Assembly: GCA_030704615.1 (NCBI GenBank)
Contig: CM060732.1
Span: forward strand, 32,612,001-32,676,000
Length of the DNA stretch: 64,000 nt
Direction: 5' to 3'
Source of the DNA: Takakia lepidozioides
Taxonomy: Eukaryota > Plantae > Bryophyta
The notes under the pieces: model-generated
Database searches by the model: none
Seen by the model: the letters and a program-made list of their open reading frames with translations, nothing else
Told to the model about the DNA's origin: nothing
Translations under genes and position numbers: made by a program
Part shown: positions 52,109-64,000 of the stretch, in pieces
How the letters are laid out: each line of letters opens with the position of its first letter
Position numbering within the stretch: position 1 is the first letter of the stretch

Positions 52109-53010
52109 TTAACCCCTAATGGACTAATGGACGAGGCAGTTTTTGGTGGGCCCCCTCCAAAACAGGATATACCCTCACAGATGAGGGTATATCTCTCACG
52201 AAACTAACATCCACTGGAATGAACCGTATGAATTGGAGGCTACCTACTTCATCCAGCTTCCATGAAAATTTCAGCTCATTTCACCGTGTATTTTGGAAGA
52301 TTATAAGAAATTTGCAAGCCCTAAATTTGGGGTACACTCCAAATTTGCAGTGGAAAAATGGTTTGACCAGGAAAGTGGATCGACAATTTTTTTTTCCCTC
52401 ACCAGAACCCATTCAGATTCCCATTATTGGCACCTAAAGCATGTTGTGGCAAAATTCCAAAGCAGAATTCCCAAATTTTCACAAGGTTGCTTTGTAAGGG
52501 AAAACAGGGGGGTCAAAACACACCATGAAGCTCAAATGACATGTAATTCAGGCTGAGGGGGTCCCAATTTCCTTGGAATCACAATTGCTTCAGTGAAAAG
52601 ATCCCTTGAATGATGAAGTGCCACCTCCAAAAAGAATTTCAGAATTTCAGGAAAAATTGAAGCACTGATTTGAATTTCTCCAGCTCAGGCCAAATATTGC
52701 CTGAGCCAGTAGACATTTCCGGCTACAAAAAATGGGCTACGTCACTGATTTGCGACAAAATGTCGGGGGACCCCAAATGTGAGACCCTAAGAACTGCCTG
52801 GGGACGCCCTCTGTTTCGCTTTCGCGTTTCACCCGACAACGCATTTAAAAACTAACTACCAACTACCAACTACCAACTACCAACTACCTGTTTTACCCTA
52901 GTGCAACGATACAAGCTCCCCGCGAGCTCCTGCGTTACCCCCCATGCAGCGATACAAGGTCCCCGTGAGCACCTGCTTTACCCCCAATGCAACGATATAA
53001 GCTCCCCAAG
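52109..53010 (-). mobile_element. piggyBac right terminus and subterminal repeats
   Basis: TTAA 52109-52112 followed by cccctaatggac(taatggac)gaggc. (aactacc)n at ~52853-52888. Three ~43-bp repeats at ~52893-53008. Confidence 0.72.
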
Positions 53011-53519
53011 AATATCATGATCCCAGAACTGGGGGGGAGTTGAACCCCCCGATCTGCCCATTGTGCAGACAGTCCCCCCCCTCCCCTTCCCCAAAAGTGT
53101 GAAACCACCCAAACACAACGCTCCTACGCTAATACACCCAAACCCCACATCCACCCCCTCACACACACCACTCAACCAGCAGCAGCGATGCGACATGACC
53201 CCCCACAGACTTGTGAACCATCAGCAACACACCCCACATGACCAGCACTGCTGCCATGAACCAACAAGCATCACACCCCCATGACCCTATAAGCCTCCAC
53301 TGCCCATCAACCAACACCACACCAACACCCCCAGTATACCCTACACCACACCAGCTACAGCCACAAAAAACACACCCCACGCACACCCCACGCCACATTG
53401 CCATCCACCGCCACGCAGCATACCTGCAATGCAATCCAACACATCAGTGAACCCCATCCACACAACCAATGCACACACACAAGGAAGAAGTAACCACTGA
53501 AAGGCCTAGCTGCAGTCAC

Positions 53520-54474
53520 CTCGTGGCATGTCGGTGTGCCTCATTCCAACCCGGCCCAAGGCACAATTGGCTGCTGCCATCACACAGCCAGGGCAGTAAT
53601 AGTGATACGAATGTGACACCAACACACACACACATCACCCAAAACACCGCCCCCGCCTTGTCGTGTGTGAAGCACTGAAGCCAACGTGCATTCCACTCCC
53701 TAGTGGTGTCCATTTTTCAGTGCAGCAGCCCGCTGTCAATCCGTATGCCAAACCAGATTGAATTCGAGATGTGTCATGACCCGACGCCCCAGCCTTCTCT
53801 CCATTGCAGAATGCAATATGTACGCATTCACCACTGTGGTATCCAGAAGCAAAAAAAAACCCACGATGCCACCACTTCTTTGTGCGCAGCTGCAAGCTAT
53901 ACGCACCCCTCAACTGGTCCTGCACATCTACTCCTTGCATATACGTTTGGTATTGCACATGAGCAGACATGGACGACACATGCACTCTTTGGTTTCCCAC
54001 AAAATGGCGTACAGTCACAGGAGAGGAAGGGCTGCATGCTGGCCCTTGCTGCATATGACAGTAAAAAGAGCCCCCTTCTTTGTCCTACCATAACACAACA
54101 GCCACCTCCCTTGATCATGCATCCTATACCATGAACTGTGCCCTTGCTTGGCATCTTGAATTTCTTCATTTTCAGCAAGTGGGAGGGAGACCCTTTCGTG
54201 TTCAATCTGACTGTGGCCAATGGCCCAAGTGCCAAGCTTCGCCAAGTCTACAGAAGCTGGACAGAGTAAAGTAAATTGTTAGTGACAATGACATGGCCCA
54301 AACCATGCAGCCCTTTAGTCAGCCGGCAAAAAAACATAATAACCTCTCCCTTCCCACTTTCTGCCTCTGGCCATCTGGTCCTCCTGCATTCTTACCCGAG
54401 TAAAAACAAAAATTGTAGACATATGAAGTCTCCGAGTCACAGCAGTGGCCCACCTTTTATGCCCCACTTGCATG
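53520..54474 (-). mobile_element. piggyBac transposase, C-terminal half
   Basis: Starts (P)CKWGIK right after the LTR. Contains YVYNFCFYSGK, YQTYMQGVDVQDQLRGAY, KKWWHR and a Cys-rich tail. Frameshifted. Confidence 0.88.
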
Positions 54475-55675
54475 TGTCGCGCGGCTTTTATTCACCCCAT
54501 TTCTTTGCACCATCCGGAAACTCCGATAGGGGAGGTCCCGAGGGCGTAAAACTCAAGGATGAAGAGTTGGAAATCTCTAAGCTAACAGTTCTTAGTTCTC
54601 CTAAAGGACTCAGCCCTACCACAATCATCGGATCAGAACAATCAGTCATTACCTAACTCAGCCTCCGCCTCAGGACATCAGTCATTACCTTAATAACATC
54701 TATTATTCCTGTTCCCGTATTCATGTTAGCTATTTACCTTACTGTTGGTAATTAAGTATCAAGTTTTTTTGCTTCAGCAATCTATCGGATTCCATCAACT
54801 CATCCATTCATTCCACCCACAGCTTCACTCAGATCTCTTTACACAGTGTGAGTATGAAGTATGTATCAGGGTACAGATAGATCTATCAAGTCTGATCTAT
54901 ACATATCCTATCAAGTATCAGGCTGAAGCCATGGCGCTCTATCTGCTCCACATTAATCCATCTACTACTGCTTGCATTCAGCAGCATCAGAGATCGCCTC
55001 CTCCTACTCCATAACTTGCTCCTACTCCGTGCTCCTCTCCTCTTCCGGCTCAGAGATGCGCTCTCTGCCTCAATTTCCCCAATGATGTCCGCAGGCTGAA
55101 GCCATGGCGCTCTATCTGCTCCACATTAATCCATCTACTACTGCTTGCATTCAGCAGCATCAGAGATCGCCTCCTCCTACTCCATAACTTGCTCCTACTC
55201 CGTGCTCCTCTCCTCTTCCGGCTCAGAGATGCGCTCTCTGCCTCAATTTCCCCAATGATGTCCGGGTCGTGACAGCTGTGTCAAGCTGTGACTGGCTGTG
55301 TGAAACTATGACCGGCTGTGACCGGCTGTGTCGGGCTGTGACTGGTTGTGCGACTGTGTCGGGCTGTGTCGGGCTGTGACGGGCTGTGTGGCTATGACGG
55401 GATGTGTTGACTATGACTGGCTGTGTTGGACTATGACGGGTTGTGTTGACTGTGATTGGCTGTGTGGACTGTGACGGGCTGTGTGGACTGTGACTGGCTG
55501 TGTTGGACTGTGTCGGCTGTGACAGGCTGTGATGGACTGTGTTGTGCTGTGTATCTCCCCCCCTAAAGCCTGTTGCTGTCACCCTAAGGCTCCTGTTGGT
55601 CTCAGTCTGTGTAAAAATTATAGGGTACCCCACAGATCCTATAAAAGCGTCTAAGTCCCAAGCAGTCCTCTAACA
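54475..55675 (-). mobile_element. 3' LTR of non-chromovirus Ty3/Gypsy element (PPT at 55678-55690)
   Basis: Minus strand reads gagaggggaaggg-ta-TGTTAGAGG...GCGACA-catgc. Confidence 0.9.
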
Positions 55676-55923
55676 TACCCTTCCCCTCTCAAAAAGCCGT
55701 GTCCAGTTTACTGTTTGGGATTTGTAAACCTTTATGAGCAAGCACCCTTGTGACGTTGAGAGTCTTGTGAAGGACTCCGTAATCTTTCAAGCATAGGAGA
55801 CCCCCTTCGCTTCTCTCTGCCATCTGATTGCATAGTTCCTCTGCCATGTCAAAAGAGTCCGCTGAAGAAGAAACAGTTGTGTTTAGAATCCTCGTCCCCC
55901 CTGAGGTGTTTTAACGTCGAACT

Positions 55924-58160
55924 TTAACTTGAATTCTCTGGGGCATACAATGTTGTCCCACCATGTTGGAAGTTTAAACTGTAAAACTTGTGTAAGCGCT
56001 GAATTGCAAAATTGGTGAAGACCTTGAGACTAACTTGTCTGTCCATGTGAGTGGTATACCAAGACTTGTGAATTGTGCCAAATTGCCATGCCTCATGTCC
56101 CTTAAAGAAAATATCGTCAGGCCCGAATTTCTGTGTTGACAAATGGTTCCAGGCCGCATGAAACCGAGAACGAATCTGAGAATCCTTTGCATCATAACTT
56201 TTGCTCATATAGGTACATATGAGGTGGCACTGAAGGTAAGACCCAATGATCCCCACTGAGGAATAATCAGAAAGCGCGTTTGCATCTTCTGTTGCTCAAT
56301 GTGATAACGTACTAGAAAACAAGCAGCGTAGTATAACCCGCAGCCCAGACAATACTTGCTATCTCTTTGGTCTTGGTATAAATGAATCCATGTACAACTT
56401 GGAGGCAATTAATCCTTCAACATGATACTTGCCTCATGCCAGTACTGCGCAAAGTGATGATCCTCACTTGGTCGATTGTCGGAAGAACTGTAGTCCTAGT
56501 GGCCACGAGGCAGCCCAAATGTGCATGATTTGATAGTAATGTGCAATGACTGCGGAGGACTAAATCTTTCCAAGCCAAATCCACACAATGCGGAATTTGG
56601 TTGAAGGGCATAATCATAGCTCGACGGTACTCCTGCAGCTGGAGTTTTTGGTGGGTTAAAAGCAACATTCCCCCATACCTTAGGCTGTGTGGCTGTGGTG
56701 TGGCTGTAGTAACACACAGGGTCAGCTACAGGACAGTGACTTGTTGTGGTGTTGGTGGCACTGGCTCTTGTACCATTGGCATCTCGTGCACCCCTGTGAA
56801 GAAGATGAATGAAAAGCCAAAGTTCTCGCTTGTAAATAAGAAGCCATTAGCTGGTCATCTGGTACACAGACTCTCTTGTCGATATTTGAAGTGAGGTCCT
56901 TCACTTGTGTCTGCGCGTCTACATCCTCCTGTAAACTCCGCTATCCTACTATAGACATTGTCTATAGTAGTTGTGGCAATGTTCTGCACTGCAGTCTGAG
57001 CTCATCCATCTCGCTTTGGGTGAGCTTTCGTGGTGCTTTGCCTCCCGGTCATTGTGCTAACCAGACCTGCAAGAAGGTGGTTATCCACGAAGGGTTGTGG
57101 TACCTCTGAGAGTTGCTCCTCTCTGAGTCTGTAAATCGAACTGAGGTGTAAGCCTCCAGGTGCTTTGCATGAGGTCAACCAAATTCGGCATAGGCAGCAA
57201 GCAGATTATTGGCTTCCTCCAAGCCTGTTAGCACCTCTGGAATTCAACTGTGTCCTTGACCAGACCAGACAAATTCGGCATAGGCAGCAAGCAGATTATT
57301 GGCTTCCTCCAAGCCTGTTAGCACCTCTGGAATTCAACTGTGTCCTTGACCAGACCAGAGTGGTAACTCTGTGACAAGCCGATCATCTGGCTGTGATGGC
57401 TGTGATACTGAAGTAACTTAACTTCCTCTTCCCTCTTGAAGGTCCCGCTTCCAATAATAGCAGTTCTTTGTGCTGCTGTGCCCCTTCCTGCACAAGAGCT
57501 TGGGAAACATTATCATGCGGTTTCCGTGAAGCCAGTGGATCCGCCACTACAGTCTTTCTTCGCCTCGGTCTCTTAGTCTGGGGTTGCCCTGCCAGTCCAC
57601 CCTCACTGTGTGAAGAGCCTTGCTCTTCCATTGCAGTGGTTTCAATCTCAAACACTCCCATCTCCTTTCTTTCTCGAGCATCAAGTATGCCAGAATCAAG
57701 AATTATTTGAGCAATGATTGGCCAGACACTATGATAGGAGACTTTGCGGCAGTGCCCTGTAATCTTTTCATCTCCTCTACCAGTGCGTTGTACATTATGT
57801 CCGCCCATTCTACCTCTTCTCCTCTCAGGGCTTTGAGTATTTTCTCTGTGAATGATCTGCTCAAATACTGTTGGTTCTGTTTCATGGCAAACAGAACGTT
57901 CAATACCTGGCCTACCTCCTTTAGCCCTGGATACACGGCCTTGGTACAAGCATAACCCTGAGTTTTAAAGAAACTCTCTTCTTGGAATAAGTCCCCTATT
58001 TGCAGTCTTGCCCTGTGCTCCTCCACATGCACCTGACCTGCTGGCAATTGAAACAATTGCTGTAGGTATAGGGGAGTAATTTCTAATTCAACTCCCTTCA
58101 CCATTGTTGCTCCCGTCCTAGGCTCAAAGTTCAAGCAAGAATTGTAACATGTACTGTCTA
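55924..58160 (-). other. Extra ORF remnants between pol and 3' LTR
   Basis: Overlapping ORFs 57703-58134, 57383-57949 and 55924-56408 in the same sense as pol. VKGVELEITP...LFQLP...VEWADIMYNAL resembles accessory ORFs of Athila/Tat-like elements. Confidence 0.55.
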
Positions 58161-59419
58161 TGGTGCAATGTCCAATCTTTGCTTTGCAATCCTTCCAATC
58201 GCAGCTCCTTCAGTAATTTTCCCGCCTGTGGAGTAGCAATCGTTGTTTCTGCAGGATTGTGTGCTCTTCACCCTAATTTCTTCCATTCTCTCACTCTCTT
58301 CATTCTAGACCCACAGAAAGGTTTTGGCTGTAACAATTGAAGAAATGCTGCAGGGCACAAAGCATAAACGTATGGTTGCCACAAAAAGCTATGGGTAATT
58401 TCTTGTAAGCCTGCGGGGCTTGTAAGCATCGATTAAGAGAAAAGATTCGCTCTATTCTTCCGTCCCTATGCCACTGCGTAAGTAATATTGCGAGCGTATA
58501 GTTTGTAGTTCCTCCATAGCTTCAAAGCTATAGCATTGATGGTTTGTCCCGTCGAGACGCCCGTTACTTAGAACGACGCCGACTCTTGCGCTTAAATTCC
58601 CTCCAATTTCTTGATCCATTTTCTGGCTTTCGATTGCTGTAACCGCTTGTGACTGGATTTTAAATTTAATTTTCTTTAGTGGACTTTCCCTCCTGGACTA
58701 TCCACTAGGATAACACATGTGACAAGAATTTCGCTTTTCTGTACTTGCCGTTTGTTCTGTTGCCTTTTTTCCGTATTCATTAAGGGGCCCGCCATTCATC
58801 CGAATTGACGTGCTAAGTAGGTATTTGAGGCCATTCTTGTCCTCTTTCTTGATGACACCTGTTCTTGCACTTCCTTCTCAGCTGTGTGTCACGCCCTAAC
58901 TTCCACGTGTCCCTTTCTAAACTGGCTTCCGTCCTTTCTTCCGCCGGCCATTTCCCTGAAGTTATCCTGTGTCCATCTGTCACTGATTCTATGGATTGTG
59001 TAACCCAGTAGGCTGTGTGTTGAGCTGTGACAGCTTATGTCATATTGTGGTACGTGTGTACGCTGTGATAGGCTGTGTTGCACTGTGGTAAGCTGTGATA
59101 GGTTGTGACACGCTGTGGTAGGTTGTGATAGGCTGTATTGCGCCGTGCTGGGCTGTGATTGATAGGCGTGTCGCGCCGCGTGATGGGCTTGATAGTGCGC
59201 CTTGATGGGGCTGTGATAGGCTGGTTGCGCGCTTGTTCTGCCCGCCCTGGTCATATATGCTTGGCCTAGCGACAAGTGCTCCATACTCCGTTGGTATCAC
59301 TGGTGCAGCCCGTGACTGATTTTGCGTTTCAACATGCAATTCATGCTGCAATGGTTTGTCATGGATACCACTGTACCCCTTCAAACTTATTGGCATTGAC
59401 TCTTCCCAGCATCTCTTTG

Positions 59420-62400
59420 TTAATGGTTTGTAACATGGCAGTGTTGTTATCATACATCTTCTGTATGACATAAGGTTCTTTCCATGGTGATTTAAGATTA
59501 GAAGCTTTAATCTTTCCCTTCTTCGCAACCAGAGAACCAAATCTCCCGTCTTAAAAGTCTTTATCTTGCCTTCATCAAACTGTTCCTTTCTCTTCATCTA
59601 CATTCTGGTCATGTTATCAGCTGCATCAGCACGTACTTCTTCCACATGGTATAATTCATGTTTCCTGACCTAATTGAATCTTGCAATTCCATTCTCTTTC
59701 CCCATTCCGTTCTCATGGTAGGTAACAGGAATTCCACTGGACATTCTGGTCATGTTATCAGCTGCATCAGCACGTACTTTCTTCCACATGGTATAATTCA
59801 TCGTTTCCTGACCTTAATTGAATCTTGCAATTCCATTCTCTTTTCCCCATTCCGTTCTCATGGTAGGTAACAGGAATTCCACTGGAAGTAAAGCTTCCAT
59901 ACCATAAAACTAATTGAATGGGTGTATACTTAGTGGTGACTTTATATGAAGTCTTGTATGACCACAAAGCTGTCAGCAGCTTTGTATCCCAATCCGTTCT
60001 GTTTGCATTGACTATCTTAGCCAAGATAGTACATTAGTATTTTGTTGGTAGCCTCTTGCCTGTCCATTACCCTGTGGATAATATGTTGTACTTTTCCCAT
60101 GCACAATCATGAACTCTTTAGTCAATAATTCAATGGTCTCATTAATGAAGTGACTTCCCTGATCACTGATAAATTCCAAGGGACAGCCAAATTGTGTAAG
60201 TATGTTCTCATACAGGAACCTTGCTGTGGACTTGGCTGTGTTGTCCCTCAAAGCTTCTAACCACCCACTTCGTAGTATAATCAGTGGCTTAATTATGTAC
60301 CTATTCTGTGTATTCTTTGCTGGTGGGTTAATTGGTCCAACAAAGTCTAGTCCCCATTTCTGAAAGGATGCAAGGCCATCTTTCCAGATCTCTGCAAAGG
60401 TCCTAGCCTCTGACATTTCATCACAACTCTGACAATACTTGTGTACATCTTTGAACCAAAGTAGGCCACCAGTAACCTTGCATGTAGTAATCTTCCTGCT
60501 TGGTAGTCTCTTCTCCAAAATGACCTCCTGCCACTCCTTTATGAACTTCCTCCAAAACTTTATTAACTTCATGGTGGTATAAGCATCGCTTCAGCACTCC
60601 ATCTGGTCCTAGTTATACATTCTCCTCCCTACCATAGTGTAAGGTAGAGCCTTGATAGCAATTTCTCTTCTCTGCTCCTTTCCATAACTTGGTGGGCACT
60701 GACCATGAGCATGGTAGTATCTGATTGACCACTGCCAATCTAACCAATCATCTGCACTTCCCTGCACCTCCACTGCAAATAGACTCGCATCTGGTAATTG
60801 ATCATCTACTCCCGTGGCTGGTTCTCCTGTTGATAACCGTGACAAGTGATCCGCCACAAGATGCAGCCTCCCAGGCTTGTAAACAACCTCGAACTCAAAC
60901 TCGTGCAAGATTATCAACCATCTTGCTATTCTTCCGCTTATCAGAGGTTTGTTTACCAAGTATATCAGAGCCTGGTGATCCACATAGAACATAAACTTCT
61001 TGCCCAACAGGTAATGCCTGAATTTCTTCACTGCATAGATCATTGCCAATGTTTCTCTTTCCGTTGTGCTATAATTTCTTTCGGCATTGTTCATCAATCG
61101 GCTAGCATAGTACACATGTGAATCTATCATTCCTGTAACATTTTGGGCTAACACTGCTCCTAGTGCTTCTCCAGAAGCATCACAGTGAACATGAAATATT
61201 TCCTGCCAGTGAGGATTAATCAGCACAGGTGTAGTTGTTACTGACAATGTAAGTTCCTCAAAAACCTGTTGACATTCAGGTGTCCATGCAAACACAACAT
61301 CTTTCTTCAGAAGTTTGCTCAATGGTGCTGCTATCTGTGCATACCGTCTGACAAATCTTCTGTAATAGCTGGTTTGTCCAAGGAATCTCTTTAGACTCTT
61401 AAAATTCACTGGTGGTGGAGAGGCTTTAATGGCCTCTGTCTTTCTGGGATCCACAAGAAGTCCCCTCTTACACACAATGTGTCCCAGAAGCACGCCTGAG
61501 TTCACACAGAAAGTACATTTCTCTGGATTCAGGCCCAGACCTCTCATCCTGCATCTGGCCAGACATAACTCCAATTTATGCAAGTGCTCATTCTTAGAGC
61601 TGTACACACTGAAATCATCCAAGAACACCTGCATGAAATCATCCAGATACTCATGAAAATATTCATTCATCACTCTCTGAAAGGTTGCTGGTGCATTACA
61701 AAGTCCAAAGGGCATGACTTTGTATGCATAAGCACCCCAGTCTGTGATGAAAGCTGTTTTTCCTTGGTCTTCTTCTGCCACTTGCACTTGATTATAACCA
61801 CTGAAGCCATCCATGAATGAGTACATCTCATGGCCTGCCACAGTGTCCAATACTGCTTCTGTGAATGACAAAGGGAAATGATCTTTCTTCGTACAAGCAT
61901 TCAGCTTCTTGTAGTTCACACAAACTCTTAGTTTACCATTCTTCTTAGGAACTATCACAATGGGTGACAACCAAGTTGTATACTCTATTGGGTATATAAA
62001 CTTAGCCTCAGCCAACTTCTTGATCTCTTCTCCAACCTTCTGTGCGTAGTTGGGATTCATTCTGTACCTTGCCTGCTTGATTGGTACTGACCCTGGTTCC
62101 AGTTCAATCTTATGTTGACAGATTTCAGGTGGTATCCCTTTTAGATCCTCATAGTTCCAAGCAAATACATCTCTGTATTTGATGAACAAACTCTTAGCTT
62201 CTTCAAAGAATTCTGGCTCCAAATCAGCTCCTACCTTCACCATCCTTGGTTCCTCTTTAGTTCCCACATTTACTTCCCTCACCTGCTCATCAGCTGTGAT
62301 TGTCCAACCAGTCACCACTTCATCCTGTAAACTCACAGTGCTGGTTCCTCTAGGATTTCCATTTCTCCTTCTTTTTCTTCATAGAAATGTGATGGGTAAC

Positions 62401-63512
62401 TGTTGGCTTCCTCTTCAATTGGTGTTGCTGACACTACACCACAGCAGATACCTCTTAAACAACTTAGGCTTTCCAGCCGCATCTCTGCAACCTACTCCCA
62501 CTCTGGGTGTGCAGCAAACAGGGTAGCTTCCTGCTCCTCATCCAGTCCTCCTCTCCAGTCATACTCTCTGACCCCTCGAGGTCTTCTCGTAGCAGGTAAT
62601 CTACTAGATTTCTTTGTGGTAATTTGTATCTCGTGCATCCCATTATGCACGGTTAGTAACTGAGAATTCCAGTCATGGAATACCCTGGCCTGTTTCAGCC
62701 ACGGACGTCCCAATAATAAGGAGTAAGCCTCCATGACTTCATCCATTTTCAACACAGTTACTGTGATCATAAATATCATCTTCTGTATCTATATCTTAAC
62801 TCCTCTTATTAATCCCAATGGCTGTACACTTCTTTGATCTGCCATTGTTACTGTAAATGGGGCTGGTTTCATGTTACTTAGACCAAGCTTCTTTCTTAAT
62901 TGGTCTGTCATGGTATTTACTCCAGAGCCCCCATCTATCAGTACATCAGTTAGTTCTGTGCTTCCAATTCTCAATTGGATTACTGGCATAGAATCATCAA
63001 AGTCCATGACTATTTCTCGCCCTTCCGGCTTCACATTATAACTGGTCACCTTGTTGTTCAGGTCTGTGTTTCCTGTCTCCTGGGCAATTCGATTGATTGC
63101 TTGATACAGCCTGTGTCTACAATAAGGTGCCACAGCCAATAGCTGTCCAATGGTAATCTCTGCTTTGGTCTGGCATATTACTTCAGCCAAAGTCCCTTAA
63201 TTACTTTGCATGTCTGCATCTTCTTTCTTCCTTTCATCCTCACTCACTTCTTCTTCTCCATCAGAGTCAGAGGAATCTGCCACAGGAATATCAGTACTCT
63301 TCTGCATTTCCCTTATGGTATCTGCCACTTCCTTGTGCAGTTCCTTCTCATCTCTCCAAGCCTCATGATCTTCAGGCATATCACTGCCACCTTCATTATC
63401 ATCATCTTCCTCAACTACTGGAGGTATTAGTTTGGCTTTGCTTCTTGTTACTATCATTGTACTTACTTCTGGTACAACACATGGCCTAACCATGTGAGCT
63501 GCCACCCCTGGG
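59420..63512 (-). mobile_element. gag tail-protease-RT-RNase H-integrase of non-chromovirus Ty3/Gypsy
   Basis: VLIDGGSGVN; FMDGFSGYNQ; MPFGLCNAPATFQ; FLDD; CDAS; NYSTTERE; WGLDFVGP; ISDQGSHF; YYPQGNG. Confidence 0.93.
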
Positions 63513-64000
63513 CCCTCGGAGGGGGCAGGCTTCGCTCTTCAGCGAGCCCCCTCTATACATGCAGGTGCTTCTACTTCAGCAAGTTCTCGAGTGCCACCAC
63601 CCAACGCTGATTTATGGCCAACAAAACAAAATGGGAGGCTGGTTCGTCATTTCTTTCCGACTGTCGAACACTTCGGCAAGGTGGAATCCACTCGAATGCT
63701 TCAAGGTCGTGTTACAGACACTACGGAAGTTTCACATCCCGAGTATGGACGAATCTACACTATGATGACCTCCACATCCGCTATGCATGACCGATTGTAC
63801 GACATCACAGTTTCAAATTTCCCCAACTGCACCTGTCCTGATTTTGTTGGCATGCTTACAACAAGTTTGGGAAAGACAAGAAAATTTATACCTTGCAAGA
63901 ATCTGTATTTTATCTTCTTGAACAGAATGGTTTGTGATCCCAAACGCGACATCTTCATTCACCAGGCCACCATGAGTTTCAACGAGGTGAATACACTTAT
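63513..64000 (+). pseudogene. C-terminal part of SWIM-finger protein gene
   Basis: GASTSASSRVP...LWPTKQNGRLV...YDITVSNFPNCTCPDF...PCKNLYF is homologous to 43190-43660. Confidence 0.82.

Overview
Eukaryotic, plant-type DNA, probably from a non-seed land plant. This is inferred from the Replitron-like, Dualen-like and piggyBac elements. The first ~14.5 kb holds two intact, convergent host genes: a 9-exon plastid-type 13-lipoxygenase (+) and a 5-exon RAD6/UBC1-2 E2 (-). A Replitron HUH fragment and intronic LINE/SINE insertions also lie there. From 14.7 kb to the end is a nest of transposons: a piggyBac with TTAA-flanked TIRs, a chromovirus, a long non-chromovirus Ty3/Gypsy element and a large multidomain LINE. 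It also contains SWIM-finger elements with hairpin arrays and captured host-gene scraps. Highlights: (1) a Dualen-like LINE whose polyprotein carries a chromodomain and a PCIF1/CAPAM-like N6-adenine methyltransferase domain between RT and RNase H; (2) a head-to-head SWIM-finger plus beta-class DNA-methyltransferase-like gene pair with palindrome arrays; (3) a ~31 kb inversion (~32346-63512) supported by several independent broken-element junctions. All protein assignments are by eye from motifs; no searches were run. Some frameshifts and duplications may be assembly errors.
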